A DNA stretch of 63,978 nucleotides, filler included, from Conidiobolus incongruus B7586 (GCA_000697335.1; 14 parts of 14 records of this genome joined end to end with filler, not necessarily neighbours in it); one strand, 5' to 3'. Shown: positions 26,783 to 40,276, counted from the first letter of the whole stretch. The notes: generated from the sequence alone by a model not told the origin. Numbers and translations: made by a program.

Positions 26783-28088
26783 CCATAGAATTGAAGAAAT
26801 GAGAAATTTTTTAATTTCTGATTTTTCAAATATAGTATTAGTTTCAAATAAAAAAATATATACAAAACAAATAGGAAAATAAATAGTTTTAAATTATTTA
26901 TATATATATAATAACTTTTTTGATTTAATAAATAATTTTTTAAAATTAGTTGTTTAATTTAATCATGCTTAAATCAAATAATAACTATCAAAAGTCTTTT
27001 ATTTTAGTATCAGTAAAATTTAACTATAAACCCTCTAAAATCATTTAAAATTTATAAACAGTTTTTGGTAATAAAGCATTATCTAAATTAACAATTTATT
27101 GCTAGGTAAATTACTTTAAGACTAAGAGAGAAACTACCCAAAACCTACTAAAATCTAAAAAACTAATTTTAACTATTACTTTTTTAAGTATTAATAAAGT
27201 AAAACAACATATTGAAAAATATCTTTTTATTTCAGCTAAAGAATTATCAAGATACTTTAATATTAGTTACATAAGAATTTTATATATATTAAAGTTTAAA
27301 TTAAAATTAATTAATAAAAATGTAAAATAGGTACCTTATAGTTTAACTAAAGCTTAAAAAAAAGCTAAAGTAGCTATTGTTAAACAAAACTTACTAAGGT
27401 ATAGCTAGAAACTAAAGCTTTTACAATAAATTATTACAATTGATAAATCTTAAACTCTTTTGTATAATCCTTTATTAAAACATAAATTAAAGTGTTGGAT
27501 TAAGTTAAATTAACCCCCTTTATAAATTCCTTTAAATAAACATTTTATTGATAAGCAAATGTTAATTATAGTAATAGATTATAATAGCATATGCTATTCT
27601 TATTTAGTTCTTAAAAGAAAATTAATTAATAGTAAACTTTATATTTTTTTTAAATAAAACTATTTTTAATTGGTATTCTCAATATAATTTAAGAAGACCA
27701 ATTATTTTACATAATATTGCAAAATACATAAATCTAAAGTTATAAAAATCTTTCTAATTTAAAATAGCTAGAAAAAAACTACCATATCTAATATATTCCC
27801 TAGATTATAACCTATGTGATTATAATTGTTTTAGGTAATTAAAAAACCAGCTTACAAGAAAAAAAATTTCTACAGGAAAATTTAATTGGTTTGTAAAATA
27901 TCAAATTTCAGTCTTTAATAAAAATAACTATTTTTTAGGTATTAGATCTTTATTAAAAATATAGCAAATAGTTATTAGATATAAAAGAAATTATTAATTT
28001 TATAATATATTTTTATTTTTACTTTTTATATATTAAAATTTTTATTTTTTTTCAATCACCAAAAATTCCCATTATTTAAATTACAAAG
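26783..28088 (+). mobile_element. Full-length degenerate mariner (DD34D) transposon, copy M1 (~1.3 kb)
   Basis: ATG at 26965. Back-corrected motifs [W]VP[H]SLT, IITID[E]S[W], LH[D]N, P[H][P]xYS[P]DYNxCDY. Imperfect ~30-bp TIRs containing AATGGGAA-like cores, flanked by TA. Ends may be off by a few bp. Confidence 0.85.
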
Positions 28089-29222
28089 TAATATTATTTA
28101 TAAATAGATTAAAAAAGTTATACCAAAAAACAATAAATTATTTAGATGAATTTAATCACAAAAATAATTTGCATGTCAATATTTAAATATATCTATATGT
28201 TTAAAATTTGAGGATATATAAATTTTTCAATTATTAAATTAAGTAATAAATATATAACAATGTTTTTAAAAATGAATTACATCAACCAATTAATGATAGA
28301 TTATATTAAAAATAATTAAAATAAAAATTTTAAGATAATTGGTTAATATAATTTTTGCATTAATATTATATAAAACAATGGAAGAATAATTAATGTATAA
28401 AGTATACTGTAATATATTTTAATAAAAGAAAAAAAATATTATTTTATATTCATTTTAATGCTATATTTTAAAATAGCCAAATCTTCTATGATATTATTTT
28501 TCAATTTTAATCAATTTTTAATATTATATTAAAAATGCTCAAAATAACAAATCAATTAGAAATATATTATACCAATATAATAACAAATTTGGAAAGTTTA
28601 ATATATATTTCCATATTGAATATTTATTTAAATTTTTTAAGATTAGTAAACTATATTATTCAAATTAAAAAATTTTAAAAACTTTAGTAAATTTTGAATA
28701 ATAATTATATAATCAAAAATATATATCCAGTGTTTTAAATAGTAATCTCCTGTATAAAAACCTAATATTATTCAATAAATTATAATATTTTCACTTCTAT
28801 TTGTGTATTATTTTAAACAATAGTAAGATATTTAATTATTAGTTATTTTAATTAATAATATAATATAACTTTTTATAGAAATTTCAATGTAAACTAATAT
28901 AGCTAAAAGTTATAAAATTTTAAATTTTATTAAAGTTAAATAAAGAGAATTTATCAAAGTAGTACATTATATAAAATAATAAATATCAGCTATTCAGTGA
29001 AACCTATAAATAACAATAAATGAAAAATTATTTTGAAATTTAATATTCCAAACTAGTTTAATTAATTTAAAGCTAGCAAATTTGATATAATAAATTTACC
29101 TTATTTAAGCTATTTTATTATTATTATTGTTGATATGAATATAAAAATAATATTAAAAAATTTTTCAAATAACACCAATATATTATAATAAAACCTGACA
29201 CAATTGTTATACTTTAATATTA

Positions 29223-30391
29223 TTTTGTAATTTAAATAATGGGAATTTTTTGTGATTGAAAAAAAATAAAAATTTTAATATATAAAAAGTAAAAATAAAT
29301 ATATATTATAAAATTAATAATTTCTTTTATTTCTAATTACTTTTTGCTATATTTTTAATAAAGATCTAACACCTAAAAAACAGTCTTTTTTATTAAAGAC
29401 TAAAATTTAATATTTTATAAATTAATTAAATTTTTTATAGAAATTTTCTTTCTTGTAAGCTAGCTTTTTAATTACCCAAAACAATTATAATTACATAGGT
29501 TATAATCTAAAGAATATACTAGATATGGTATTTTTTCCTAGTATTTTTTAATTAAAAAGTTTTTTACAACTTTAGATTTATGTATTTTGCAATTATCATG
29601 CAAAATAATAAGTTTTCTCAAATTATATTAAGAATACTAATTAGAAATAGTTTTATTTAAATAAAATATAAAGTTAATATTAATTGATTTTCCTTTAAGA
29701 ATTAAATAAAAATAGCATATGTTATTATAATTTATTATAACTATTAACATTTTCTTATCAATAAAATGTTTATTTAAAGGAATTTGTAGAGGGGGTTGAT
29801 TTAACTTAATCCAACACTTTGATTTATGTTTTAGTAAAGAATTATACAAAAAATCTATGTTTCATCAATTATAATAATTTATTGTAAAAGCTTTGGTTTC
29901 TAGCTATACCTTAGTAAGTTTTGTTTAATAATAACTATTCTAGCTTTTTTTAAGCTTTAATTAAACTATAAGGTACCTATTTTATATTTTTATTAATTAA
30001 TTTTAATTTAAACTTTAATATATATAAAATACTTATGTAACTAATATTAAAGTGTCTTGATAATTCTTTAGCTGAAATAAAAGGGTATTTTTTAATATGT
30101 TTTTTTACTTTATTAATAATTAAAAAAATAATAATTGAAATTAGTTTTTTAGATTTTAAAAGGTTTGGATAGTTTCTTTCTTAGATATCAAGTAATTTAC
30201 CTAGCAATAAATTGTTAACTTAGATAATATTTTATTATTAAAAGCTGCTTATAAATTTTAAATGATTTTAGAGGGTTTATGGTTAAATTTTACTGATACT
30301 ATAATAAAAACTTTTGATGGTTACTATCTGGTTTAAGCATAATTAATTTAAACAACTAATTTTAAAAAATTATTTATTTAATAAAAAAAGT

Positions 30392-30426
<35 letters not shown>

Positions 30427-30534
30427 AAAACTATTTATTTACCTATTTGTTTTATATATATTTTTTTATTTGAAACTAATAAAATGTTTGAAAAATTAGA
30501 AATTAAAAAATTTCCCATTTTTTCAATTCTATAG
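29223..30534 (-). mobile_element. Full-length degenerate mariner copy M2
   Basis: Reverse complement of M1 along its whole length. Retains LHDNCKIHKSKVVK. The 70-aa ORF at 29637-29849 is a transposase remnant. Confidence 0.85.
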
Positions 30535-31400
30535 TAATATTAANNNNNNNNNNNNNNNNNNNNNNNNNNNNNNNNNNNNNNNNNNNNTTAATTAATTAAN
30601 NNNNNNNNNNNNNNNNNNNNNNNNNNNNNNNNNNNNNNNNNNNTATTTTAAATTAAAAAATATAAATTTAAAAATAAATAATAAAAATTCATATAAAAAA
30701 ATTCAATAATAATTACTAGTAAAAAATGTCATTATTGAAAAAGAGAATATTTATCAAAATAATAATAATATTTTTATTTTAATATTTTTATTGAAATAAA
30801 AATTTAATATTAGTAAACTTACTTTTGAACAATAATATAACTTAAAAATATTTAATTTTTCCCCCAATATTATAATTAAAATATATAATTTAAAGATTTA
30901 ACAAAACTATAATATTTAATTTTTGAAAAATAAAAGTTTTGTAATATTACTATTATAATAGATTTAATAAAATTTTTTTATTAAATTATAAAATTAAAAA
31001 AAAAATAAAATAATCTGGATATGCTCCATTAGTTTGATTTATTAATTTAATAATATTTTTAAATTATTTAATATAATATGCTAAAATAGAGTTGATTTAT
31101 TATATATCACACCAAACTATTTATAAGAAATTCTTTTATAGATTAGTATTCATATTCAAATATATAAAAGGAATCTAATTAAAATTCTTATTCATTTTGA
31201 TTAATTTTTTAAATTATATTCCTAACAAACCAATGATATCATTGTAAAATTATGTAAATTTGGTATTAATAAATAAATCTAATCAATATTATGAATTTAA
31301 AATAAAAAACTTTAATAATAAATTATTGGTTTAATAATAAGAAATATTGTAAAATATTATTTTATAAAACCTAGTATCAAAGATTTTATTATTGAATAAA

Positions 31401-31838
31401 TTAATATATTTCACTGTACATATCACTTGGATTTAAGAAATAAGGATCAGGATTGTAATTATAGGGAAAGAGAGTGTCAAAGTAACCCTGATGCTGTTGT
31501 CCAAGGGAATAAGGATAGGATGAATCCGAATTTAAATATGTTGGACGTCCAGAACCACAGTCTTGGATGAATCTGATCGATTTGGCATTTCCAATATTTT
31601 GAGGTCTTAAACCATATTGATTTCCGTAACCAATTATATTTCCAGAACAGCCATATCCGTCATAGAATTGAATTGCGGTACAACCATGAGCGTTTCTGAT
31701 CGCATTGTAAGTTCCTGGGCCAACCCCAAAGCATCCAGGTCCGGAATAAGTACTTGCGGATCCATCAGTACGAGCGAGTTGAATGGTTTGTCCAGATATT
31801 CCACCAATGGACAAAATCAAAGAAGTTAACAATTTCAT
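31401..31838 (-). CDS. Small secreted MiAMP1/beta-gamma-crystallin-like protein, paralog B (145 aa)
   Basis: Signal-peptide-like N-terminus. YSGPGC, GCTAI, YDGYGCSG and KSIRFIQDC motifs. 48 of the first 95 residues are identical to paralog A without gaps (hand count). Confidence 0.85.
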   Translation of the reverse strand: MKLLTSLILSIGGISGQTIQLARTDGSASTYSGPGCFGVGPGTYNAIRNAHGCTAIQFYDGYGCSGNIIGYGNQYGLRPQNIGNAKSIRFIQDCGSGRPTYLNSDSSYPYSLGQQHQGYFDTLFPYNYNPDPYFLNPSDMYSEIY

Positions 31839-31890
31839 GATATTTAATATTCAATTCAATTTTGTTTAATACATAGTTCAATCAAAATAC

Positions 31891-32004
31891 ACCAATTTAT
31901 ATCTCATTCTCTATCATCATTAGAAATTCAGGGTGTTGTGAAAATATTAATTTTAGATATTTTTATAAGGGTTTTTTAGTAAATTAATTTTATTATTAAG
32001 GGTT
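31891..32004 (-). promoter_or_regulatory. Conserved promoter motifs of paralog B
   Basis: TATAAATTG on the minus strand, AAATTCAGGG at 31924, and TAAGGGTT at 31966 and 31997 (31-bp spacing, as in paralog A). Confidence 0.6.
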
Positions 32005-32785
32005 TATTTCAATTTGTCTAATTTTACTCTATCAATTTTGATTTGATATTTATTTAGTAATATTTTGTTCTCTTTATACAGTCATATATATATATATATC
32101 AATTCGTTGTATACGAAAAAATTATTGATATTGATTAACCAAAGGATGAGTATGGAAAGAAATTCGATATATTTTACTAATTTCAAATTTCAAGGAGTAT
32201 TATTTATACATACTAATTTCTATTAATGATATTAAATTTAATTCTGTTTTACTGATAAAATATCAAATGTTCAATGATATATAGTCAAATTAGTATTGGA
32301 ATATATTTGAATTTGTTTTCAAGCAAATAAAAATATAACATAATATTCTAAATCCATTGAATGTAACTAGATTACATCCATTTTCAAAATATATTTGATC
32401 ATATTAAAATACTAAATTTTGCATATAATATTCATTTTTTTCCAATATCATAGTTACAAGAATAGATTAAATTTTAAGAATAACTAAATGTTCATAAAAA
32501 TAACTAGATTTAATCTGTATAAAAATTTTTATCTAAATTGATTTTATTTGAATTAATAGTTAATTGGTTAATTCAGTTCATTGAATATAATATCTACTTT
32601 CACTTTAATGTTATACATGTGTTTAGCATAAGAATTTTATTTTTGAATATTGAATTATCAATATTATTTTGTTTAAAATAAATTGATACTATGTATTAAT
32701 TATATTCATTATACATTTTTTTTCTGAGAGAGCTGTCCTATAGAATCTTAAAAATGATATCATCACACTCTAAAATTTTATTTTA

Positions 32786-33228
32786 CACTAACCTGTAAAA
32801 GTGAGTCATAAAATCAAAAACACCTATATTTTTACTAATAACTTGATTAATATTTAATAAAATAAACCAAAATTAAATAATTAAAATCTATTATATTTAT
32901 TAGTTATATATATCATTAAATAAGGATATTTAGCTATTAATTGGCTAAAATATAAACCCTTAAATTTTACTTAAGGTGAGTTATAAATTTGTGGGTTTTT
33001 GGTGATAAAAAAAAATTAAAACCTAGTGTATCCACCTTTAGCTTTTCTAACTTCTTTAAGTTTGTGGGGTATAGAATCAACTAACTTCTTACACTAAGAA
33101 GGGTTAATCTTGTTCTATGCTTCTTGAACATATTCCCAAAGTTAATCTAAATTTTTTGCTGGGGGGAAAGCTTTAATAGCTTTTTTTAACTGATCCCAAA
33201 GGTGTTCAATTAGATTAAGGTTAGGAGA
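32786..33228 (-). mobile_element. Tc1 copy 4 (least mutated), 3' end, truncated by the gap
   Basis: TA|CACTAACCTGTAAAAGTGAGTCATAAAATC. Minus-strand translation SPNLNLIEHLWDQLKKAIKAFPPAKNLD*LWEYVQEA*NKINPS*CKKLVDSIPHKLKEVRKAKGGYTRF*. Confidence 0.92.
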
Positions 33229-33328
33229 NNNNNNNNNNNNNNNNNNNNNNNNNNNNNNNNNNNNNNNNNNNNTTAATTAATTAANNNNNNNNNNNNNNNN
33301 NNNNNNNNNNNNNNNNNNNNNNNNNNNN

Positions 33329-33541
33329 AAGATATTATTTAATTAGAAAATAATATATAATTTTTTTAGCTTATATCATTTAATAATTTTTTTTGAATTA
33401 TTATATGAAATATTTTAATATAGTTTGATATTAATTTTTTTATTTATTTTATAAAAATATTTTATAAAGATAATGTATATCTTTAAATTATAATTTACCT
33501 ATCAATATATTTTTGAAATAAAATAATATAATAGTTAACTA
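33329..33541 (-). mobile_element. Heavily mutated Tc1 internal fragment, apparently interrupted by copy 5
   Basis: Weakly colinear with ~34060-34270 (catalytic region), almost all A/T. Confidence 0.55.
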
Positions 33542-35054
33542 TTTTAACTTGTAAAATTAAGTTATAAAATCAAAAACACTTATATTTTTACTAATAACTT
33601 AACTAATATTTAATAAAATAAACTTAAATTAAATAATTAAAATCTGTTATATTTATTAGTTATATATATTATTAAATGATGATATTTAGCTATTAATTAG
33701 TTAAAATATAAACCTTTAAATTTTACCTAGGGTAAATTATAAATTTATAGGTTTTTGATGATAAAAAAAAATTAAAACTTAGTATATCTATCTTTAGCTT
33801 TTCTAACTTTTTTAAGTTTGTGGGGTATAGAATCAACTAACTTCTTATATTAAAAAGGGTTAATCTTGTTTTATATTTCTTAAATATATTTTTAAAGTTG
33901 ATTTAAATTTTTTGCTAGGAGGAAAACTTTAATAACTTTTTTTAACTGATTCTAAACATATTTAATTAGATGAAGGTTAGGAGATTAAAAAAGCTATTTC
34001 ATAACTATTATCTTATTATTTTTAAGTTATTTATTAGTAAAAGCTATAGTATAATAAAAAGTATTATCTTACTAGAAAATAACATCAGATTTGTTTAACT
34101 TATACTATTCAATGATTTTTTTCAATTTATTATTTAGAGTATTTTAATATATCTCAATATTAATTCCCCTATTAACTTTATAAAGATACCTTATACTTAA
34201 AGATAATATATATCCTTAAATAATAATTAACCTATTATTATACTTTTAGGTAAAATTAATATAATAGTCACAAAGTAATTTTGTATCTTTTCTAAAGTAT
34301 CTAGCTTTTCTATCAAATCTACTAAAATATATTTTTATTTCATTAAACTAAATAACCTTACTTTAATTAGTTTTAATTTAATATTAGTAATGATATTTAA
34401 ACTCTTGTTTAATTTTATAATGGGTTTTTTTAGTTAGGGGTGTTTTTTCTTAAAGTATAAACAATATCTATGCTAATATAAAGTACATATAATAGTATTA
34501 GTGTTAACTAATATTCCTACATAGTTTTATAGTTCCTGTTATATTTTTACAATAATATTATATTTACCTATATTAACTAACTTATAGATATACTTCTTAT
34601 TATATTTATCTATAATTTTAACATACTTAAGTTTAAGTATAAATATTTCTTTATTGCTATTTTTAATAGCTTTAACTATAATAAACTAACTAACACTAGT
34701 AATTCTAACAATATTATAAGTTAATTTATCTTCTTAATAAAGTTGATTAATATATAAATAGATTTTTTTAGAGAGGGATTTAAGTATAATAATGCTAATA
34801 AAAAAATTTAATATAATTATAAAATATTATATAAAATAATAGCAAAAAGAAAAAAAAGATATGGTTATAAATTGTTTGATATATCCCCTTATTTTAAAAA
34901 CTTGCAAATTTATAACTTATTTTGGTTAAATATTAAGGATTAATATTTTTGCTAATAATTAACTAAATTGATCTAAATATATTTATTTTTTATTAAATAA
35001 TATACCTTAATTATATATTATAACTTTAAGTAATCTAATATATACAATTGTTTT
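33542..35054 (-). mobile_element. Near full-length degenerate Tc1 copy 5
   Basis: Mutated TIR TTTTAACTTGTAAAATTAAGTTATAAAATC after TA. Colinear with 43239-44750 up to the gap. Confidence 0.9.
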
Positions 35055-38000
35055 NNNNNNNNNNNNNNNNNNNNNNNNNNNNNNNNNNNNNNNNNNNNTT
35101 AATTAATTAANNNNNNNNNNNNNNNNNNNNNNNNNNNNNNNNNNNNNNNNNNNNAATATCTATATTAAAAAATTTGGTAAAAATTTATGAAACTTCAATA
35201 TAAAAGAATAAATCATTATTATTATAAAATATATAGATATTAAATAGATTATTTTTAATAACCAATTATAATTTAAAAATCTAATTACAAAAATAATAAG
35301 ATATCTTAATAAAATTAAAATTCTATAATATAAAGGTTATATATATTCACTTTTTTTTGTAAAAAATATTGTAATTATTATATTTATAACTACTAATCTT
35401 TTATTTGAATATTAAAAAATTATTATCCATTTAAAGCCTTTTTATTAAATATATTAAATTATTTTATTTTATATATAAAATTAAAATTATGAATATATTA
35501 AAAATATTTGTTATTTTAAAAATCAACTATTAGAAAGGAAAAAATCAATAGAAATATATATTATATTAAATTTTAAAATTTTATTCAAAAAGCGAGATTA
35601 CTAAATAAACTATTCCAATATATAATTCTTTTTGTTTATTATATCTTTAGATTTTAAATTTGATAGCCATAATAATTATACCAAAAAATCTTTTAATATC
35701 AACAAAAAACCTCATAACTTTCACCAAAAATCAAACTTGCCTTGTTGGTCCATATCAAATCTAAATATAATGGTTATAAATAATATTTAACTAGAAAACC
35801 TCAATCATACCGCATTATTGAAGCCCCTTAACCAGCAAGAAAAAGAATATTTGATAAGAAGCAAAAATATTTTAGTTGTTACGAAACAATAGCAGGATGC
35901 TTTGCACTAGATTTTCCAAACAAAATATTCATATTAATTCCTTATACTAAGAATTAAATATGATTATTGAATAATTAAAATAATATCCACTATAGTACTA
36001 TTTTGTTTATTCCAAATAATTTATCATTAATTATAATGTTACTAATAAATATATTGAATTTTACGAAATTTTATTATATGAAACTATGATATTTAGATGA
36101 AATTGACTTAATGGCAATATTATAAGAACAATACCTAAGATATTATAAAACTATCAAATAATTTTAAATTAAATTATTTTATTTTATTATTCAAATTGAA
36201 TAAATTAATTTTTCAATATAAATATTCAATATTATTAAAATAATTCAATAACACTAATATATAATTAAAAAATTTTAATAATTTTAATAATATTAATAAT
36301 GGTATTAATAATAAGAATTAATAATATTGATAATATTGATTAATTTATAAAAAGATAATTAGAAATAAATGATAATTTAGTCTTATTAATGTTATATTAA
36401 ATTGAAAAATTAATCAAATTAAAAAACTAACATTTTTTCCTTAATAAATTTTATTAGAGTATAAAATATTATAAATATCAATTATATCACCTTTTGATTT
36501 ATTATAAAGGAATTATTTAGAATATTGTAATGATTTCCAAAATATATTGATGATTCAAAGTTGGATATTATTCGGTATATAGATGCGATTTTATATTGAT
36601 TTTGATGTGGTTTATTAGATGAAATGTTTGATTCATGTTTTTGGTTAAGAATTCTTTTTATTTATACTTAATTTTATTATATATTAAATTTATTATCTTA
36701 TTTTGTAAAAATGCACATTGAAATTTCGTAACATAATAGCTAAAATGATTATTTACTTTTAATATATATATTTAAATATCAAATTTGTTTATATTTTTAT
36801 TTCAATTTATTTGAAATATTTACAATATTTGTACTTGTACACTGAAATAATATTTTTTCTGTTTTTGCAGAATTTCAGGTACAATCATCCGAAACTTGGA
36901 TAACACAATAGTATAAAGTGGGATTTCCAATTTTAGCAGGGATCAATCCTTTTGTTACTTAAATTTGATTCTCGCCAAAAGTTATTATTTAGATAAGTTG
37001 ATATATATTGTACAAGTGGTCTTTTATTAAATTACTAACAATTCATAATTCCTAATAGCCCTTTTATAGATATTTGATTCGAATTTATTAAACCCAAACA
37101 AAATAATTTAATATAAGACTGATTTATTGATATATTTATATCAAAAATTATAACAAAAATTTAATTTCATTTAAATTTTTAAAAAGACATTAGAATTATT
37201 CTAATAAAATATTAATAGTACAACGAATGTATAATATATCATTAAAAATGATAATATTGCTTAAGAATATTTATGTTTGTTTTTTATCATAAAAATCAAG
37301 CCATAATTCCGATACTAGTATCAATAATGATTTCATGTATAGTCATATTACTACAGTCGATTTCATCATTCATCATCACATAATAATATTTATATTAATT
37401 TAATCCCAAAACAAAATAATAAAAATGGTTAAATGTATTTTGATCTTGATAATATCCATTCATTACATTTTTTAAACACTGTTTATAATATAAAGTGTTG
37501 AAATAAATTGTATTTTTAATAGTATTAAAATAAATTATAACTTAAATTTGGTTATACTTTTTTAAAACTTAATATTAATAAGTTATTATAATTATAGAAA
37601 TTATAATTTAGTTCAGTGCTAAAATAATATGTTCATAAAATATTTAAATTAGATTCTTTGGTATAAAATTTTGTAAAATTTTTAAAAAAATAATTTAAGA
37701 ATATTTTTCTATTAACATTATGGTAAAATATAACTAATTTTCATAAATTATTTTTTTTAATTTTTGTATTATTTAGCTATATTTAATTAATTAGTTTATT
37801 ATTATTATTATTATCTTGGCCTGTATGATAATAATTACAGTCATCAAAATATTGATTGAGCTATTTAATTATATTAATAGCTATCCAATACCTTAAATGA
37901 ATTATTTCATAATTCAATTTATACTTTTTTAAATATTTTAATCAATTTAAAAAAAGATAATTAATTCTTAAATTAAAAAATTGACAACAAAAAGAGAACT

Positions 38001-38338
38001 CGTGTGAATCAAATAAACCAATAAAATAATGAAAAAATATTCTCAACTTTCAACTTTACATTATGTTAGTTAGGGGGTAAAAAATAACATCAAGTAATAG
38101 CTTATATACAATTGCGCAAATACATCAAAAGAGATAAAAGAGGTCTCGATTTGATACTTGGTTTAATCCGAATTAGTTAATTGACCAATCTTTTATTCAG
38201 TGTTGTTTTAGGGGTGTTTGAATGTGAAATTGAAATGCATGAAATTATGATTATGATCCTGAATACGAGTTTTTTAATTTATATAAAAGAGATTCAGGTC
38301 TCTAATGTCACTGTAAAGTTGATGATACTTCAGCCGAT

Positions 38339-39271
38339 ATGAAAGTCATGGAGATCTCTTTGAAATCGGGAGAACATTACGATTTCTCTTACACTAAAAT
38401 CATCTCCATTGTGAATTTGGTCATTGGATCGATTGGATTGCCATTGACAGTATTGATTATACTCTCTACCATACCGCTGCTAAGGAAAAATTCTTTCACT
38501 AACATTCGGTTACTTGCTATTGTTGCGGGTATGGACTTCATTACTACAATAGTGTTTATCATTGGTTCAATTATGACGCTAACTGATGAAGATTTTTTCC
38601 TCACTTATCAATTGGCTTGCAATGTGGATTACTTTTTTTATGATGGATCAATTTTGTGTTCAACATGGTTTTTAGCAATTGTGGGCTTGGAAAGATTTTT
38701 TCACGTTGTTTTACAAAAGAGATTAGATTGCAAATATTGGTACTTGATTATGATTCTCTTGCTATTCTTTTTCATTGGCACGGGCGTGTACGGTCTAGTT
38801 ACTGAATCAATTCAGCCAGTGCCCATGAACACATATTGCTTTGTATCTCCGAACTATAAGCAAGGCAATTCGATCCTATCCGTCCTCAGTATAATTAATT
38901 GGATAGCTATGATTACTGTAATTTTCTCCTACATTTCCATTTCAGTCTATACATACAAAGTCAAAAGCTCTACCAAAAGAACAGTACAACCCACTCTAAA
39001 ACCCAACCTTCAAAACCAATTTCGAAAAACCTTTTACAAAGTATTCACTATTTTATTATTTTATGTCATTACAAATAGTTTCGAAACTTACTTGGAATTA
39101 TATGAATTTATTTCTGGTAAGGATCGTACACCACTCCAAGATTTAATCGCTACAAGTTTGCAAAATTTTAATCCAGTCATTAATTCCATTCTGTTACTAG
39201 CGATTAATGAAGATGTGGGCACTCAATTCTTAAAACTATTTGGATTTAAATCTCAGGAATTTCCTTATTAA
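38339..39271 (+). CDS. Class A (rhodopsin-like) 7TM GPCR-like protein, 310 aa, intronless
   Basis: Seven hydrophobic segments. TM2 Asp (AGMDF), Cys at the top of TM3 (LACN), ERF at the end of TM3 (D/ERY motif), ECL2 YCF, TM7 NFNPVINSILL. Confidence 0.8.
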   Translation: MKVMEISLKSGEHYDFSYTKIISIVNLVIGSIGLPLTVLIILSTIPLLRKNSFTNIRLLAIVAGMDFITTIVFIIGSIMTLTDEDFFLTYQLACNVDYFFYDGSILCSTWFLAIVGLERFFHVVLQKRLDCKYWYLIMILLLFFFIGTGVYGLVTESIQPVPMNTYCFVSPNYKQGNSILSVLSIINWIAMITVIFSYISISVYTYKVKSSTKRTVQPTLKPNLQNQFRKTFYKVFTILLFYVITNSFETYLELYEFISGKDRTPLQDLIATSLQNFNPVINSILLLAINEDVGTQFLKLFGFKSQEFPY

Positions 39272-40276
39272 TTCTGATTTCATATTGTATAATTTGATTG
39301 TTAGTGTAACTTTATGATTAAAATAATTTAAAATATTAAAAAAATAAAATTGTGCATAGTATCATATTGTAAACAATTTTATATTTGAATTTGTTTATAA
39401 TTTTTTAATATATTTTTGGTAAGCCAGGTGTAAAAAAATTTTTATTCATAATTTTTGAATTAGTGATTTTACTTGACTACGTAATGCAATGCAGTTTGAC
39501 TTTGAACCCAAAATCTAAACTTATCAAATTCTTCATGGATTCAATATATTAACTCTTAAATTTTTTTGTAACACTTTTATTCAAAAATTTTTACAATTAT
39601 TAAATGAATTAAATTGATAACATATATTGATTAATTAATATTATTTTCAATTAAGTTTGTTAATATCTATCTATATTAATTGACAATTTGATATTTTAAT
39701 ATATATAAACAAAGCTTTTGACCAAATATATTTTAAAAAATGAATAATTGAATATCTACACTTAAAATAAACTAATTTGTAAATAAGTAATTTAGTTTTA
39801 ATCTATTAAAAAATAAAAAATTCATTATATTTTTTCAAATAATTTATTTAATTATAATATTTAATTAATAATGTTATATTTTAAAAATTTTATAATATCT
39901 ATTTTATTAAAAATATTTANNNNNNNNNNNNNNNNNNNNNNNNNNNNNNNNNNNNNNNNNNNNTTAATTAATTAANNNNNNNNNNNNNNNNNNNNNNNNN
40001 NNNNNNNNNNNNNNNNNNNTTACTTATAGATTATATAGTAAATTTATACTTTTATTGTTAAATTAATTATTTAAATAAAATTGAATTATTTAATAAACTA
40101 GGTTTCTTTTTTTCCTCTTAATTTTTGCTATTTTTTATCTTTTACATTATTTCTAAAATTGAGATTATATTTTATCAATATTATAATATATTGATATTAC
40201 CTAATATAAATCTTAATATATCAGTGACTTATCCCAGTTTAAAGTTTAATTAAACTTTGTTTATATTTGTATACTA

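Noticed and set aside
39120..39200. GPCR as an opsin
   Set aside because: No Schiff-base lysine in TM7.
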